Part shown: in pieces, positions 6,751-15,947 of the stretch
Layout: each line of letters starts with the position of its first letter
How positions within the stretch are numbered: position 1 is the stretch's first letter
Virus record (IMG/VR): IMGVR_UViG_3300005077_000057
Location: 1 to 36,666 of that record
Reading direction: 5' to 3' (one strand)
Source: a virus
DNA length: 36,666 nt
Program-made: the position numbers and the translations under genes
The notes under the pieces: generated by a model
The model's database searches: none
What the model was told of the DNA's origin: nothing
What the model saw: the letters and a program-made list of their open reading frames with translations, nothing else

Positions 6751-8760
6751 TTAAACTCTGGCTAAACCAGTAATTTTTGATATCGGTATTGTTCTTGTTC
6801 TAATTTTCTCATCAAGCCCATAATTGCTATCTCGGACAACTACTGTTCCATCATTATTTACAGCCACGACAAACCCAGTATGCCCAGTGTCTTTATATGG
6901 AGTCACAAATACCATTCCGGGTTCTGGGTATTTAATAGTTTTATCCATTTTAGATATTTTGCTTTGGTAGCTATCACCAAGCGATAACTTATATCCTGTT
7001 AGCTTATTCACAAACTGACCACATTGGCCACCTTTTTCTCCATCCTTAAATGATAAAACTTTATTTAATGTAGCTGTAGGTGTTCCGCTACCACCTTGAT
7101 TAAAACCGAGATTTATCGGGTCCTGGTTAGATGGATTATATGCAGGACCAGCTTCGTTAATAAAGTTTCTCTTTACCAAATCTCTATTTGCTTTTTTTGT
7201 TTCCAAAACTTCCGCTGAATCACCGGGTTGTGAGAAATATTGCTGACGAGCATTAGCAAACTCTTCCGGACTAATCACCGCACCAGATTCACGCCTTAAT
7301 ACTGCATTGATAAAGTTTCGTTGAGCCTGTTCAAATCTTTGCCTGTCTGAACTTTTCATAATGTTTGGCAACTTTTCACCAATATAACTTGCCGCACCGA
7401 TAAACTGATTTTCCAACTCATCAATTATTTTAGTAGATTGGTCAAGACGAGAAGCATAATTCGCTACTGTATATTGAGCTTGCGTAAGGGGTTTCCCAGA
7501 GGAAGAACTAATCCAATCAGCGTAAGTTTTACCCGTTCCTTGTTCTCCGCCAGCAAGCGACCATTCTTGGAACGAAGATGGTGTATCAGACAAACCACCC
7601 ATTTCAGAAGATAAGTATGGAGTTGAATATTCAAGCGCCAGCTCCATATTTCCAGAAGCAACTATTTGTCTAACTAAATCAGATGGCGCACCGTTTTGTG
7701 CGGCCTGTGTAGCAAGGCTCATTATAGATGCTCTTTCGTCTTTTCTGGCATCTATTTCTCGTTGCCTTTCTTCCAGTTGTATGCTTATTTGGTCAGCCTT
7801 CAATTTATCTGCCCGACTTAAATTGTCGTATTCATATTTTATTAAAGAATCCAATTTCTTTAACTCTTGTTCTTGAGCATAAAACTCCAAGTTAATTGTT
7901 TGTTCAGCAGTTTGTTGAGCAAGAGCAATATTGCCTTGAAGTGCCTGTTGAACCGAAGTCAAAGCACCTATTTCAGCGGCCTTTTGCATTCTCATTTGTG
8001 CTTGCTGACCGGTGATAAACTGCATTGGAATTGGTTTGCCGGAAATATCAGTAATACCCTTATCGTAAGCACCTGAAAGTTGGGCGATTTGCAGATTTAA
8101 GTCTTGTAATTGTTTTTGTTGCTCTGGTATTCCGAGTCCTTGTTGAACCTCACTTAATCTTTGTCCGGCTGTTCCCATTTTATCAGAGGTCGCTGAATAC
8201 TGGTCTATCAAGGAGTTTAATTTACCGGTTGACGGGTCAACCGTTGTAGGTAATGCCGGAGTAGCATTACGCAATCCAGTAACAAACTCATCGGGATTTA
8301 CATTTGGATAAGATTCAATAGACTGTGGTGTTCTCGCCCCGTTGCCTAAACTATCAGCAGGGATTGAATCCGGAACATTAAATTGTGGCTGCGGTTGCGC
8401 AACATTAACAGATGATTTTTTCTCTAATAATCCAGTATTCGGGTTTAACACATACGAACCAGAGCCAACAACGGCTGGGGTTACAGCTTGGGTTGCTGTG
8501 GCATTTTGTGGTAAAGACAAAGCCGTCCCACTAACAACGGCCTGCGCCTTTTGTTGCGTAGAAGTTGGATTGGTAGTGAAAGCCGGAGGTGGTGCGGTGT
8601 TATAAGTTAATGGTGAAGCCTGTGATTTCGGCTGTTGACTACTCATAACAGAATTATAAGTATTCAAGGTATTTGAAACAGCCTGTGATTGTGGAAATAC
8701 AGCTTGAAATGCGGTTTTCGCAAAATTAAGTCCTTTGGACATCCAAGATGGGAGTGCCAT
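6751..8760 (-). CDS. Virion-associated peptidoglycan hydrolase with a C-terminal CHAP domain.
   Basis: 669 aa. P/Q/T-rich N-terminus, Q-rich coiled-coil middle, and a C-terminal GGQCGQFVNKL (Cys) ... DTGHTGFVVAV (His) ... DSNY signature typical of CHAP. Confidence 0.7.
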   Translation of the reverse strand: MALPSWMSKGLNFAKTAFQAVFPQSQAVSNTLNTYNSVMSSQQPKSQASPLTYNTAPPPAFTTNPTSTQQKAQAVVSGTALSLPQNATATQAVTPAVVGSGSYVLNPNTGLLEKKSSVNVAQPQPQFNVPDSIPADSLGNGARTPQSIESYPNVNPDEFVTGLRNATPALPTTVDPSTGKLNSLIDQYSATSDKMGTAGQRLSEVQQGLGIPEQQKQLQDLNLQIAQLSGAYDKGITDISGKPIPMQFITGQQAQMRMQKAAEIGALTSVQQALQGNIALAQQTAEQTINLEFYAQEQELKKLDSLIKYEYDNLSRADKLKADQISIQLEERQREIDARKDERASIMSLATQAAQNGAPSDLVRQIVASGNMELALEYSTPYLSSEMGGLSDTPSSFQEWSLAGGEQGTGKTYADWISSSSGKPLTQAQYTVANYASRLDQSTKIIDELENQFIGAASYIGEKLPNIMKSSDRQRFEQAQRNFINAVLRRESGAVISPEEFANARQQYFSQPGDSAEVLETKKANRDLVKRNFINEAGPAYNPSNQDPINLGFNQGGSGTPTATLNKVLSFKDGEKGGQCGQFVNKLTGYKLSLGDSYQSKISKMDKTIKYPEPGMVFVTPYKDTGHTGFVVAVNNDGTVVVRDSNYGLDEKIRTRTIPISKITGLARV

Positions 8761-8770
8761 AAAAAAGTTA

Positions 8771-8995
8771 TTAAGAGGCGATTGATGTTAATTCTGTTTC
8801 TCGCCATACTCCGTCTAAATAGACGGCTAAATAATAAGTGTTATCGTCTGGGTTTTTTCTAATCAGCATAGTTCCCTGTATGGCTTTGTGGTTTAAGCCA
8901 TCGGATTCAAAAACAGGAAAACCGAGCAAATCTTTCGGGTTTATTCTGGGAGCGTCTGTTCCCGTATGTCTATGATTTTCTACTTCAGTAAACAT
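8771..8995 (-). CDS. Hypothetical small structural protein.
   Basis: 74 aa ORF, co-oriented and overlapping the upstream tail gene by 11 nt. No recognisable motif beyond HRHTGTD. Confidence 0.5.
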   Translation of the reverse strand: MFTEVENHRHTGTDAPRINPKDLLGFPVFESDGLNHKAIQGTMLIRKNPDDNTYYLAVYLDGVWRETELTSIAS

Positions 8996-10787
8996 AAATT
9001 GCTTTTATCTCCGGCCCGACTGTGGCGGTAGCGCCGACAGTTACAGCGACTTTGAATTGTATCTGGTCGCCATTTACGGAGGAGTTTTCTATTATTTTTG
9101 TAGCTATCGCACCGTCAGAAGCATAACTCATTGTGCCGATAGTGGTGTATGTATCAGTCAAATTATTGCGGTAATAGAGCGTAATAACATCTCCGCTGGC
9201 CATTTCCTTGCCAAGATTTATCTCAAAGTAGCGGAATGTTTTAGGTTGATATTTGTCAGCTATTGTCCATAAACCTGTCTCAAAATATGAGGTCGTTACC
9301 AAGCGATAGCTGGCGTGGAAAGTTTGAATAGTGTAAAGGTCTGCCGTGTAGGTGCTTTCAAAACAACTGGCATAAAAAAGCTCGTCATCCGGTAAGAATG
9401 CTCCATAAGTCACTGTTTCCACCCCAGATACGCCCTCGTTAAGCGAAGCCAACCGATAAGGCACGGTAATTTTCCCTGTTGAGGGGTCAAACTCGTAAAT
9501 ACCAGCACCAAGCACCGTAGATGACGGGTTAGAGCAACCGATATAAAACTTATCTCGCCACTCCATAAACGAGTTCGGGCCAACCAAGAAAGATGTGGTG
9601 CTTCTCGCCTGTTGCGAGTTGTTTGTTGATTTAGGAAGTTGCCCAACCTTTTGAACAGCATAACCGTTGGTAGCGTAAATAGTCCCGTCAGTTTCACCAC
9701 TCGCAGAGTTTGAAGTTATAAAATACAAAGTCCCGTTATATGCTTTCATTATTTGAACCCAGCTTCCTTTAATTTCCAAGATACTATCAAATGATGGGCT
9801 TACTGTATCCCACAGGTAGATTTTGGCGTTATTCTCACCAGCAATACCAGTTCCTATCGCCAAACGCATATTATATTCCTCTAAAAATGTCGGATTTGAA
9901 CCGCCTTTTGGCAAAGTAAGTGCTTTTTGTGAATAGGTGAAAGTTGCGCCAGTTCCCGGAGCAAATGTTTCGCCTGTATTTTCTTCCAAAGAGTCAACAT
10001 ACCCTTGTCCGGTTGATGTCGCTTGCGAAGTCCCGATATACAATATGTTATTGCTCATCACTTTCATCGGGTTTGTGCCATAACTGGTGGATGTTTCAGC
10101 AAAGTTTTCTGTCCACGCCGCCGTTCCTAAATTAGCGATAGAACCAAAAGCCGACAATTTATTCGTGCCGACTTTTACTATCAAATAATTATTCCAAACT
10201 TCCATATCCACAGCGTCTTCTGAACGGCGAATACAAGTCCAAACATCTTTGTAAGATGATGATTTGAGCCAGACATTCATTCCGCCAGTTCCCTTGTCCA
10301 AAGCATAATAATTTCCACCATAATTAAAGAACTTTTTAACTACTTTTATTGATTTTGCGGTGATAGTGTGCGTGCCTGTGCCAGTATCGGTAATATCAAT
10401 CGGTGTATCCGCCGCCATATTAGCGAGAGATGAAGCCAATTTAAGCGTATTGCCCGAAAAGCTGATAACATAATAAATCGTATTGACCGCCAAAGGTGTG
10501 GGTAGCGTGTCGGTAGTGGTTAGCTCCACCGCCATACCCTCTTCCCAAATTGATGATGGCGTAGTCCCTATATCAAGCGTGTTATTCGCCGTTGAGACCG
10601 TGAAAGTCCTTGCCGTGTAAGCGGTTTCACCCCAGTATGGAAAATCAGCCGTTAATCTCGGCAATGGAAAAACAGCACCCACCGCACTGTCGGTATCAAG
10701 TCCAGTAATTCGGGTGAAGTTTCCAAGATAACTCGGAGACATCCCCTTTTCTATATTTTCCAATAGATTTATTTTTTTATCAGCCAT
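8985..10787 (-). CDS. Tail protein (nozzle / tail tubular B-like or receptor-binding), probably beta-rich.
   Basis: 600 aa, S/T/G/Y-rich with repeated strand-like segments, located between the fibre genes and the internal-protein genes. Assignment is by position and composition only. Confidence 0.4.
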   Translation of the reverse strand: MADKKINLLENIEKGMSPSYLGNFTRITGLDTDSAVGAVFPLPRLTADFPYWGETAYTARTFTVSTANNTLDIGTTPSSIWEEGMAVELTTTDTLPTPLAVNTIYYVISFSGNTLKLASSLANMAADTPIDITDTGTGTHTITAKSIKVVKKFFNYGGNYYALDKGTGGMNVWLKSSSYKDVWTCIRRSEDAVDMEVWNNYLIVKVGTNKLSAFGSIANLGTAAWTENFAETSTSYGTNPMKVMSNNILYIGTSQATSTGQGYVDSLEENTGETFAPGTGATFTYSQKALTLPKGGSNPTFLEEYNMRLAIGTGIAGENNAKIYLWDTVSPSFDSILEIKGSWVQIMKAYNGTLYFITSNSASGETDGTIYATNGYAVQKVGQLPKSTNNSQQARSTTSFLVGPNSFMEWRDKFYIGCSNPSSTVLGAGIYEFDPSTGKITVPYRLASLNEGVSGVETVTYGAFLPDDELFYASCFESTYTADLYTIQTFHASYRLVTTSYFETGLWTIADKYQPKTFRYFEINLGKEMASGDVITLYYRNNLTDTYTTIGTMSYASDGAIATKIIENSSVNGDQIQFKVAVTVGATATVGPEIKAIYVY

Positions 10788-10789
10788 AT

Positions 10790-11578
10790 TTAAGCAATTC
10801 CGTTAATTTTCTTAATATTTGCTATCGCTATCCCATTTACTTTTTTAAGATTAGCGTATGCTACACCATTGAACTTTTTAATGTGGGTAGTAGTGAAAGG
10901 GTATTGAAGTCCTGAACCGCTATTGTAGAGAGCAGAGATTTCATCAGTAGTAAGTTTTTTAGACCAAGCACCAAACTCATCTATAATAGCAGAAAGAAAA
11001 CTATCACTCGCTCCGCTTTGTCTGTCGGCAAAAAGCCCGAAACCACCAGCCGCAGAACTACTGGAATAGTTCATCGCTCTGGATTGCGATAATACCTCTG
11101 AATTGTTAGCGTAGCATCTCAAAGTAGAACCATCATAAGTTAAAACTATATGATACCAAGTTGCCGTGCTAAATGTATGAGATGTGGTATATGAACTGGC
11201 TGACCCATCATAAACAACAACTTTCAGTGTTCCATTATCGTTCATTAAACCACAATTTCTACGCCTATTTGCTCCACTTTGGACTTGCCAAAGACATATC
11301 CATTTACTTGCTGCGTTTGTGTTTATATTTACCCAACCAGACCAACTCCATCCAGTAGCAAACTGGTCATAAGTTAGTCCAAGCGGAGAATTGCTATCTT
11401 GATAAAGCGTTTTATTTGTATTGCTTGAACCAGTATCAGCCGCATAACCAATTTTTCCACTTGCGTTTTCTCCGACAGAATTGGCGTTTGTCAAAGTTTG
11501 CCCATTGCCAGTAGCATCGGTAGTCAAAGCTCCGCTATCAAACTTATAATACGCTAAAATTGAGTCAGTCAAAGCCAT
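10790..11578 (-). CDS. LamG / concanavalin-A-like lectin-domain tail fibre protein.
   Basis: LAYYKFDSGALTTDATGNGQTLTN ... WYHIVLTYDGSTLRCYANN ... IDEFGAWSKKLTTDEISALYN fits the Laminin_G_3 pattern. The C-terminus has three 10-aa repeats (KKxNGxAxAN). Confidence 0.75.
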   Translation of the reverse strand: MALTDSILAYYKFDSGALTTDATGNGQTLTNANSVGENASGKIGYAADTGSSNTNKTLYQDSNSPLGLTYDQFATGWSWSGWVNINTNAASKWICLWQVQSGANRRRNCGLMNDNGTLKVVVYDGSASSYTTSHTFSTATWYHIVLTYDGSTLRCYANNSEVLSQSRAMNYSSSSAAGGFGLFADRQSGASDSFLSAIIDEFGAWSKKLTTDEISALYNSGSGLQYPFTTTHIKKFNGVAYANLKKVNGIAIANIKKINGIA

Positions 11579-11581
11579 AAC

Positions 11582-11779
11582 TTATTTTATTTTAGCCATT
11601 TCCGTAGCCACTTCTGCTTTATCCTCTACTGTATAATCGCCTTCATCAATGGTTTTTTTCAAATCATTTAAGCGATTAACCAAACTTGTTTTTGTAGTTT
11701 CAAGGTTCTCTAATTGTTTGAGAACGCTTAAAATCTCTTGTGCGATTTCGTTTTTTGCTACATCAGTTAAAATTGCCAT
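11582..11779 (-). CDS. Small coiled-coil protein (possible fibre assembly factor).
   Basis: 65 aa with a heptad-like acidic helix. Sits between the collagen-like and LamG fibre genes. Confidence 0.45.
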   Translation of the reverse strand: MAILTDVAKNEIAQEILSVLKQLENLETTKTSLVNRLNDLKKTIDEGDYTVEDKAEVATEMAKIK

Positions 11780-11798
11780 ATAATATTAAATTAAATTA

Positions 11799-12917
11799 TT
11801 AAGCTTTATATTCTACTCTTGCGTTGTCGGGACAAAAATACATTCTGTCTGCGTGTGTAGCCACTCCCGCAATAGCCACTACATCATCTTCGCCACTTGG
11901 AGCTGTTTGAGTTAAAGCTCCACCTGTTGTTGAGGCGTATATTCTGCCACCAACAGTCCACGCCCAATCATCATCACGAACAAATCCCCTTAAAAGAACC
12001 TTTGTCGCTTCATCTGCCACCTTGCTTTCCAAAGCCAAGCCGAGAAGCAAACACGAAGCAATAGCGTCAGCGTCTGACTTCCACCATTTCCCGTCTGATT
12101 TCAAATAAACCAAGTTAGGAAAGGCAAGTGTTTCGCCAGCCACTATATCATCCACAATATCCCCATTACCGGTATTATCGCTTGAAGGAATAGCGTCATA
12201 AATCAAATTATATTCCGCTAAATCAATATCACCCGTTAAAGAGCCAGATAATACGCCCGTGGGACCTGTCGGACCTTGCGCGCCTGTCGGACCAGTAGCG
12301 CCTTGCGCTCCCGTAGGCCCTGTCGCACCAGTTGGACCCGGCACGGTTGAAGCCGCACCAGTCGGACCTGTGTGTCCGGTAGGCCCAGTTGCTCCTTGCG
12401 GACCAGTGGGACCAGTATGTCCTGTTGCGCCGGTTGTCCCAGCACCTGTTGGACCAGTAGGTCCAGTTGGCCCTATTGAGCCAGTAGGCCCAGTATGCCC
12501 TGTCGTTCCTGCTCCTGTTGGACCGGTTGGACCCGTATGGCCCGTCGGTCCTGTTGGACCGGTTGGCCCTGTTGTGCCAGCTCCGGTAGGGCCTGTATGC
12601 CCAGTCGGGCCTGTTGGTCCTTGCGCTCCGGTTGGGCCGGTAGTTCCAGCACCCGTAGGTCCGGTGTGTCCCGTTGGGCCGGTAGCACCTTGCGCACCGG
12701 TAGCACCAGCCGAGCCAGTCGGACCAGCAGAACCGGTCGGGCCAGTCGGACCGGTAGCTCCGGCACTTCCAGCGCTTCCGGTAGGTCCAGTAGCGCCAGT
12801 AGCTCCTTTGAAGTTGGCTTTTGTAGCTTTATAGGTTGTTCCGCCACTTACAACAGCAACATAATCGTCATCCGCCACAGGGGATAGTGTTGTAAGTTCA
12901 CTAATTTTTGCATCCAT
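11799..12917 (-). CDS. Collagen-like triple-helix repeat fibre protein (G-x-T repeats).
   Basis: About 190 aa of uninterrupted GxY triplets dominated by GPT/GAT/GHT, followed by a globular C-terminal domain. Antisense and shifted frames are open only because of the repeat. Confidence 0.85.
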   Translation of the reverse strand: MDAKISELTTLSPVADDDYVAVVSGGTTYKATKANFKGATGATGPTGSAGSAGATGPTGPTGSAGPTGSAGATGAQGATGPTGHTGPTGAGTTGPTGAQGPTGPTGHTGPTGAGTTGPTGPTGPTGHTGPTGPTGAGTTGHTGPTGSIGPTGPTGPTGAGTTGATGHTGPTGPQGATGPTGHTGPTGAASTVPGPTGATGPTGAQGATGPTGAQGPTGPTGVLSGSLTGDIDLAEYNLIYDAIPSSDNTGNGDIVDDIVAGETLAFPNLVYLKSDGKWWKSDADAIASCLLLGLALESKVADEATKVLLRGFVRDDDWAWTVGGRIYASTTGGALTQTAPSGEDDVVAIAGVATHADRMYFCPDNARVEYKA

Positions 12918-12920
12918 ATT

Positions 12921-13784
12921 TTATCTTATAAATAATACATCTTGATTTTTTGCTAAATTGACAAATTGTTGCCATTTTTTGCTATTTTTAGGTCCTGTTA
13001 ATTTAACCATCATCTCCAACGCTTCCTTGAAGTCAGCGTTTATCAGTATTGCTCTTAAACAATATGCTTTCGCCATATCGTATTTTTTCAGATTACAACA
13101 GCATTTCGCTATTTGTAGGTTGGCTTCAGACATTTCAGGTGGCCACCACGCCTTTTTCAAGTAATCTTCATACCAGAACATTGCCGTCTCCCAGTCCTTT
13201 CTATACCAATACTCGCGTGCCAGATAAAACTTTTCTCTTATACAATTCGGGTCTTTAATCACTTCCTTGCCCAGTATTCTTAACGCTCTATCAGGGTCTT
13301 TTTTGTGAGCATCGCTATATCCGTATTTGATAACTATTTCACTTGTTGTTTTGGCGACCATTGTCAGATAATTGTGTATTGCTCCTTTCCAGTAAATCTT
13401 TGGTGTCCGCCTAAATACTCTGGGAAATAAAAAGTGTTCTTTCGCTCCGTTTTTTGGTTTTAATATACAATGTAATAATTGCTCGTCAGAATACTTTGCT
13501 ATTTCGGCTTTCAGCACATCCACGCTCTCCAAAACTTCGTCAGCATCTATTGATAATATCCAATCGCCAGTAGCTTTGCTCAAAGCGTGATTACGAGCTT
13601 CGCACATACTGTCGTTCCACTTGTAGTCGGTATAAATCTTGTCGGTATAGCGTTTTGCTATTTCAATCGTATTGTCTTCGCTTCCTGTATCACAAATAAT
13701 AATCTCATCAAGTCCTTTAATGCTTTCCAAACATTCTTCAAGACAACTCTCTTCATTTTTTACGATTAAAACCGCACTTATCAT
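12921..13784 (-). CDS. Family-2 glycosyltransferase fused to a TPR-like C-terminal domain.
   Basis: ISAVLIVKNEESCLEECLESI ... ICDTGSEDNT ... SIDADEVL (DxD). The C-terminus has repeated helical W/Y-rich TPR-like units. Confidence 0.8.
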   Translation of the reverse strand: MISAVLIVKNEESCLEECLESIKGLDEIIICDTGSEDNTIEIAKRYTDKIYTDYKWNDSMCEARNHALSKATGDWILSIDADEVLESVDVLKAEIAKYSDEQLLHCILKPKNGAKEHFLFPRVFRRTPKIYWKGAIHNYLTMVAKTTSEIVIKYGYSDAHKKDPDRALRILGKEVIKDPNCIREKFYLAREYWYRKDWETAMFWYEDYLKKAWWPPEMSEANLQIAKCCCNLKKYDMAKAYCLRAILINADFKEALEMMVKLTGPKNSKKWQQFVNLAKNQDVLFIR

Positions 13785-13786
13785 AA

Positions 13787-13960
13787 TTACGATGGTTTAG
13801 TTGCGTTAGACCAAGTTGATGTTGGTTTAGTTGCGTTAGACCAGTCAGAAGCCCGTGATAAAACTATCTTGTCGCCGTTCTCCAATAACAGATAGTAGGC
13901 ATCTTCCTTTAACAGAAAGGAATTGGTCAATGATGGTTTTGTCTCGTTTGTCCAACTCAT
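13787..13960 (-). CDS. Small repeat protein (57 aa) with W-x-N-x-TKP-S/T repeats.
   Basis: Hand-translated MSWTNETKPSLTNSFLLKEDAYYLLLENGDKIVLSRASDWSNATKPTSTWSNATKPS. ATGA-coupled to the upstream gene. A 20-bp exact DNA repeat (ggtttagttgcgttagacca) lies at a 30-bp period. Confidence 0.45.
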   Translation of the reverse strand: MSWTNETKPSLTNSFLLKEDAYYLLLENGDKIVLSRASDWSNATKPTSTWSNATKPS

Positions 13961-14685
13961 ATGTTTTCTTTTAGATAATCTTTAACCGTCATTCTTGGCG
14001 GGAACATCTCTTGAAACTTCTTGGCGTAATATGTTTTGATGTTCTGTTTCATTTTTTCATACTCTTTTTCCAGTTTGGCGTAAGCGTCATTGCCTTGCGG
14101 TTTAGAAAACCAATAACGGATAGACGCTCCAACTGGGATAACTCCGTGAAACTCGGCGATAAATCCGGGTGTAGCGGTGGTATCGGTTGAAACAAAGTCG
14201 TGAGAACCCCTATCAAAATACACTCGTAAAGATGAGGCCTGTGTGTAATCGGATGCCGGATAAATCGTCATAGTGTCGCCAATAAGCGTGTAATATCTCG
14301 GTTGTCCGTCAGTAGTGTAGAACTCGCTAATCGCTCCGGGTATTTTCTCGGTCGGTAGTGGCTCTAACTTATGCCAAATGCTGTCCTCGTTCATAACCTC
14401 TACTCGCCTGACCGTGTATGTTCCTGTTGGCAGAGCATAGGTGCTTTGTGCCGAAGTTATAGTCGCTGTGGCGATAGGCAAATCTGTTTGGTTGCTGTCT
14501 TCATACTGCCAACCACCATAAGCGTCAAAAATCACGCTCCAAATCTCTCTGTTCACATCATTGGCATAAGCGGTGAACTTTTTAAGCAATGTTGAGTTGC
14601 CACTAATTCCCGTATTGCCTAAATTACAGTAATCTTCGCAGAGCTGTATAATTCCATTTAATCCTGAAGTGTCTGAAAAAACCAT
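13957..14685 (-). CDS. Structural protein, possible head-tail adaptor / tail tubular A-like.
   Basis: ATG at 14685 lies 4 nt after the HNH stop. The alternative ATG at 14739 would overlap the HNH gene by 50 nt. Assignment by position between the head and tail blocks only. Confidence 0.4.
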   Translation of the reverse strand: MVFSDTSGLNGIIQLCEDYCNLGNTGISGNSTLLKKFTAYANDVNREIWSVIFDAYGGWQYEDSNQTDLPIATATITSAQSTYALPTGTYTVRRVEVMNEDSIWHKLEPLPTEKIPGAISEFYTTDGQPRYYTLIGDTMTIYPASDYTQASSLRVYFDRGSHDFVSTDTTATPGFIAEFHGVIPVGASIRYWFSKPQGNDAYAKLEKEYEKMKQNIKTYYAKKFQEMFPPRMTVKDYLKENI

Positions 14686-14689
14686 ATAG

Positions 14690-15256
14690 TTATTTTTTAT
14701 GTATTTTAATATGGCAGTTCTTGCACAAAGTAATGCCATTATTTATATCAAATCTTAATTCTTTATATTTAGCCCAGTGTTTTATGTGATGAGCGTTTAA
14801 ATTGTGTCCTTTATTATCTCCGCATAACTGACAAGCATAGTCATCTCTTTCAAAAACTGATTTTCTCCACTCAATCGCTTCTTTTCTGTTTCTCTCAAGT
14901 AAATTTATTTCTGTTAATCCACCCTTCCATTTATAAGCATTTTCTTGACGATAGTGTTTTGGCCAACAATTTTTACAATAAGTAATTTCTTTTCTAAAAT
15001 TATACCTATACTTTAATTGTTTTCCACAATCAGCACATACGCTTTTTCCTCCTCTATAATTTGGGTTTTCTTTTCCTGAAATAGCAGAAGATTGAAAAAT
15101 TCCTCTACATTTTCTAGAACAAAACTTACTCTTCTTATACTGTTCTGGACTAATCCTTTTACTATTAGCAACAGTATTTCTAATAATTTCATTACCACAA
15201 ATTATACAAAATCTTCTTTCCAATTCTATTTTTCTTTTACTTCTACCGTCCCGCAT
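14690..15256 (-). CDS. Free-standing HNH homing endonuclease.
   Basis: C-terminal CQLCG...NLNAHHIKHW...NNGITLCKNCHIKIH (HNH with a zinc-binding CxxC pair). N-terminal CxxC-rich region. Markedly AT-rich relative to its flanks. Confidence 0.85.
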   Translation of the reverse strand: MRDGRSKRKIELERRFCIICGNEIIRNTVANSKRISPEQYKKSKFCSRKCRGIFQSSAISGKENPNYRGGKSVCADCGKQLKYRYNFRKEITYCKNCWPKHYRQENAYKWKGGLTEINLLERNRKEAIEWRKSVFERDDYACQLCGDNKGHNLNAHHIKHWAKYKELRFDINNGITLCKNCHIKIHKK

Positions 15257-15266
15257 AAAGTCATAT

Positions 15267-15947
15267 TTAGTGTTTAGCTTGATATTTATTTATATCCTTT
15301 GTTGTTTTGCTGTTGAATAGTTTAGTGTTGTTCGCTACGCAATGACCGCCTATCTTGCCTTCCGTATATTTCAATACTGGTCTTACTACTTCGGGTCGGC
15401 CAAGTTTTATGTATCCCTCGTTATAGGTTTGGTTGGCATCTGTATAAACCAAGTCAAAATCTACTTTGTGTTTCTTACACCAATTAAATATCTCCTTGTT
15501 GAGCAGTATCATTGCGCCGTATTGCGTGGTGGACCATAGTTTAAGTGCTTCCGTATCGTTAGAGCTTTTGGTTGTTTTGGTTTTAATTCCAAATGTCTCA
15601 AAGTATTTCGCCGCTTCCCTTGCCTGTTCGCCACCAAAGTATTTTACAAATGTTCTTATCCCTTCTTCCAAGTGAGGGTGAACGCCCCTAACTGGGGAGT
15701 GAACCACGCCAAGTTTCTTACAAGTCCCAACTGGAACTGTGGAATGGACTATCGTAATTTTTGGCGTAAATCTTTTAATGTATCCCTTTACCGTGCTATT
15801 AAAATAATTTGAATACGGAATGCAGATATGAATAATATCGTAATGTTTTTCTTCATATTTGCCTTCCAAGCGGTCAATGTAATCACCGCCAACTACATTA
15901 TGAATGCCCTTACCAATTTCACCGTAGCCAATAATTAAATTAGTCAT
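15267..15947 (-). CDS. NAD(P)-binding nucleotide-sugar dehydrogenase-like protein (short form).
   Basis: N-terminal Rossmann motif LIIGYGEIGKG. TEALKLWSTTQYGAMILLNKEIFNWCKKHKVD and GKIGGHCVANNTK resemble the central and catalytic-Cys segments of UDP-glucose/GDP-mannose dehydrogenases. Confidence 0.5.
   Translation of the reverse strand: MTNLIIGYGEIGKGIHNVVGGDYIDRLEGKYEEKHYDIIHICIPYSNYFNSTVKGYIKRFTPKITIVHSTVPVGTCKKLGVVHSPVRGVHPHLEEGIRTFVKYFGGEQAREAAKYFETFGIKTKTTKSSNDTEALKLWSTTQYGAMILLNKEIFNWCKKHKVDFDLVYTDANQTYNEGYIKLGRPEVVRPVLKYTEGKIGGHCVANNTKLFNSKTTKDINKYQAKH

Noticed and set aside
12236-12887. Four long ORFs overlapping the collagen-like gene (12259..12834 +, 12495..12887 +, 12473..12847 -, 12236..12445 -).
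   Set aside because: They are open only because the GGN-CCN-ACN triplet repeat lacks stop codons in several frames. The G-x-T frame (11799..12917) is the only one with a proper start, a non-repetitive C-terminal domain and operon context.
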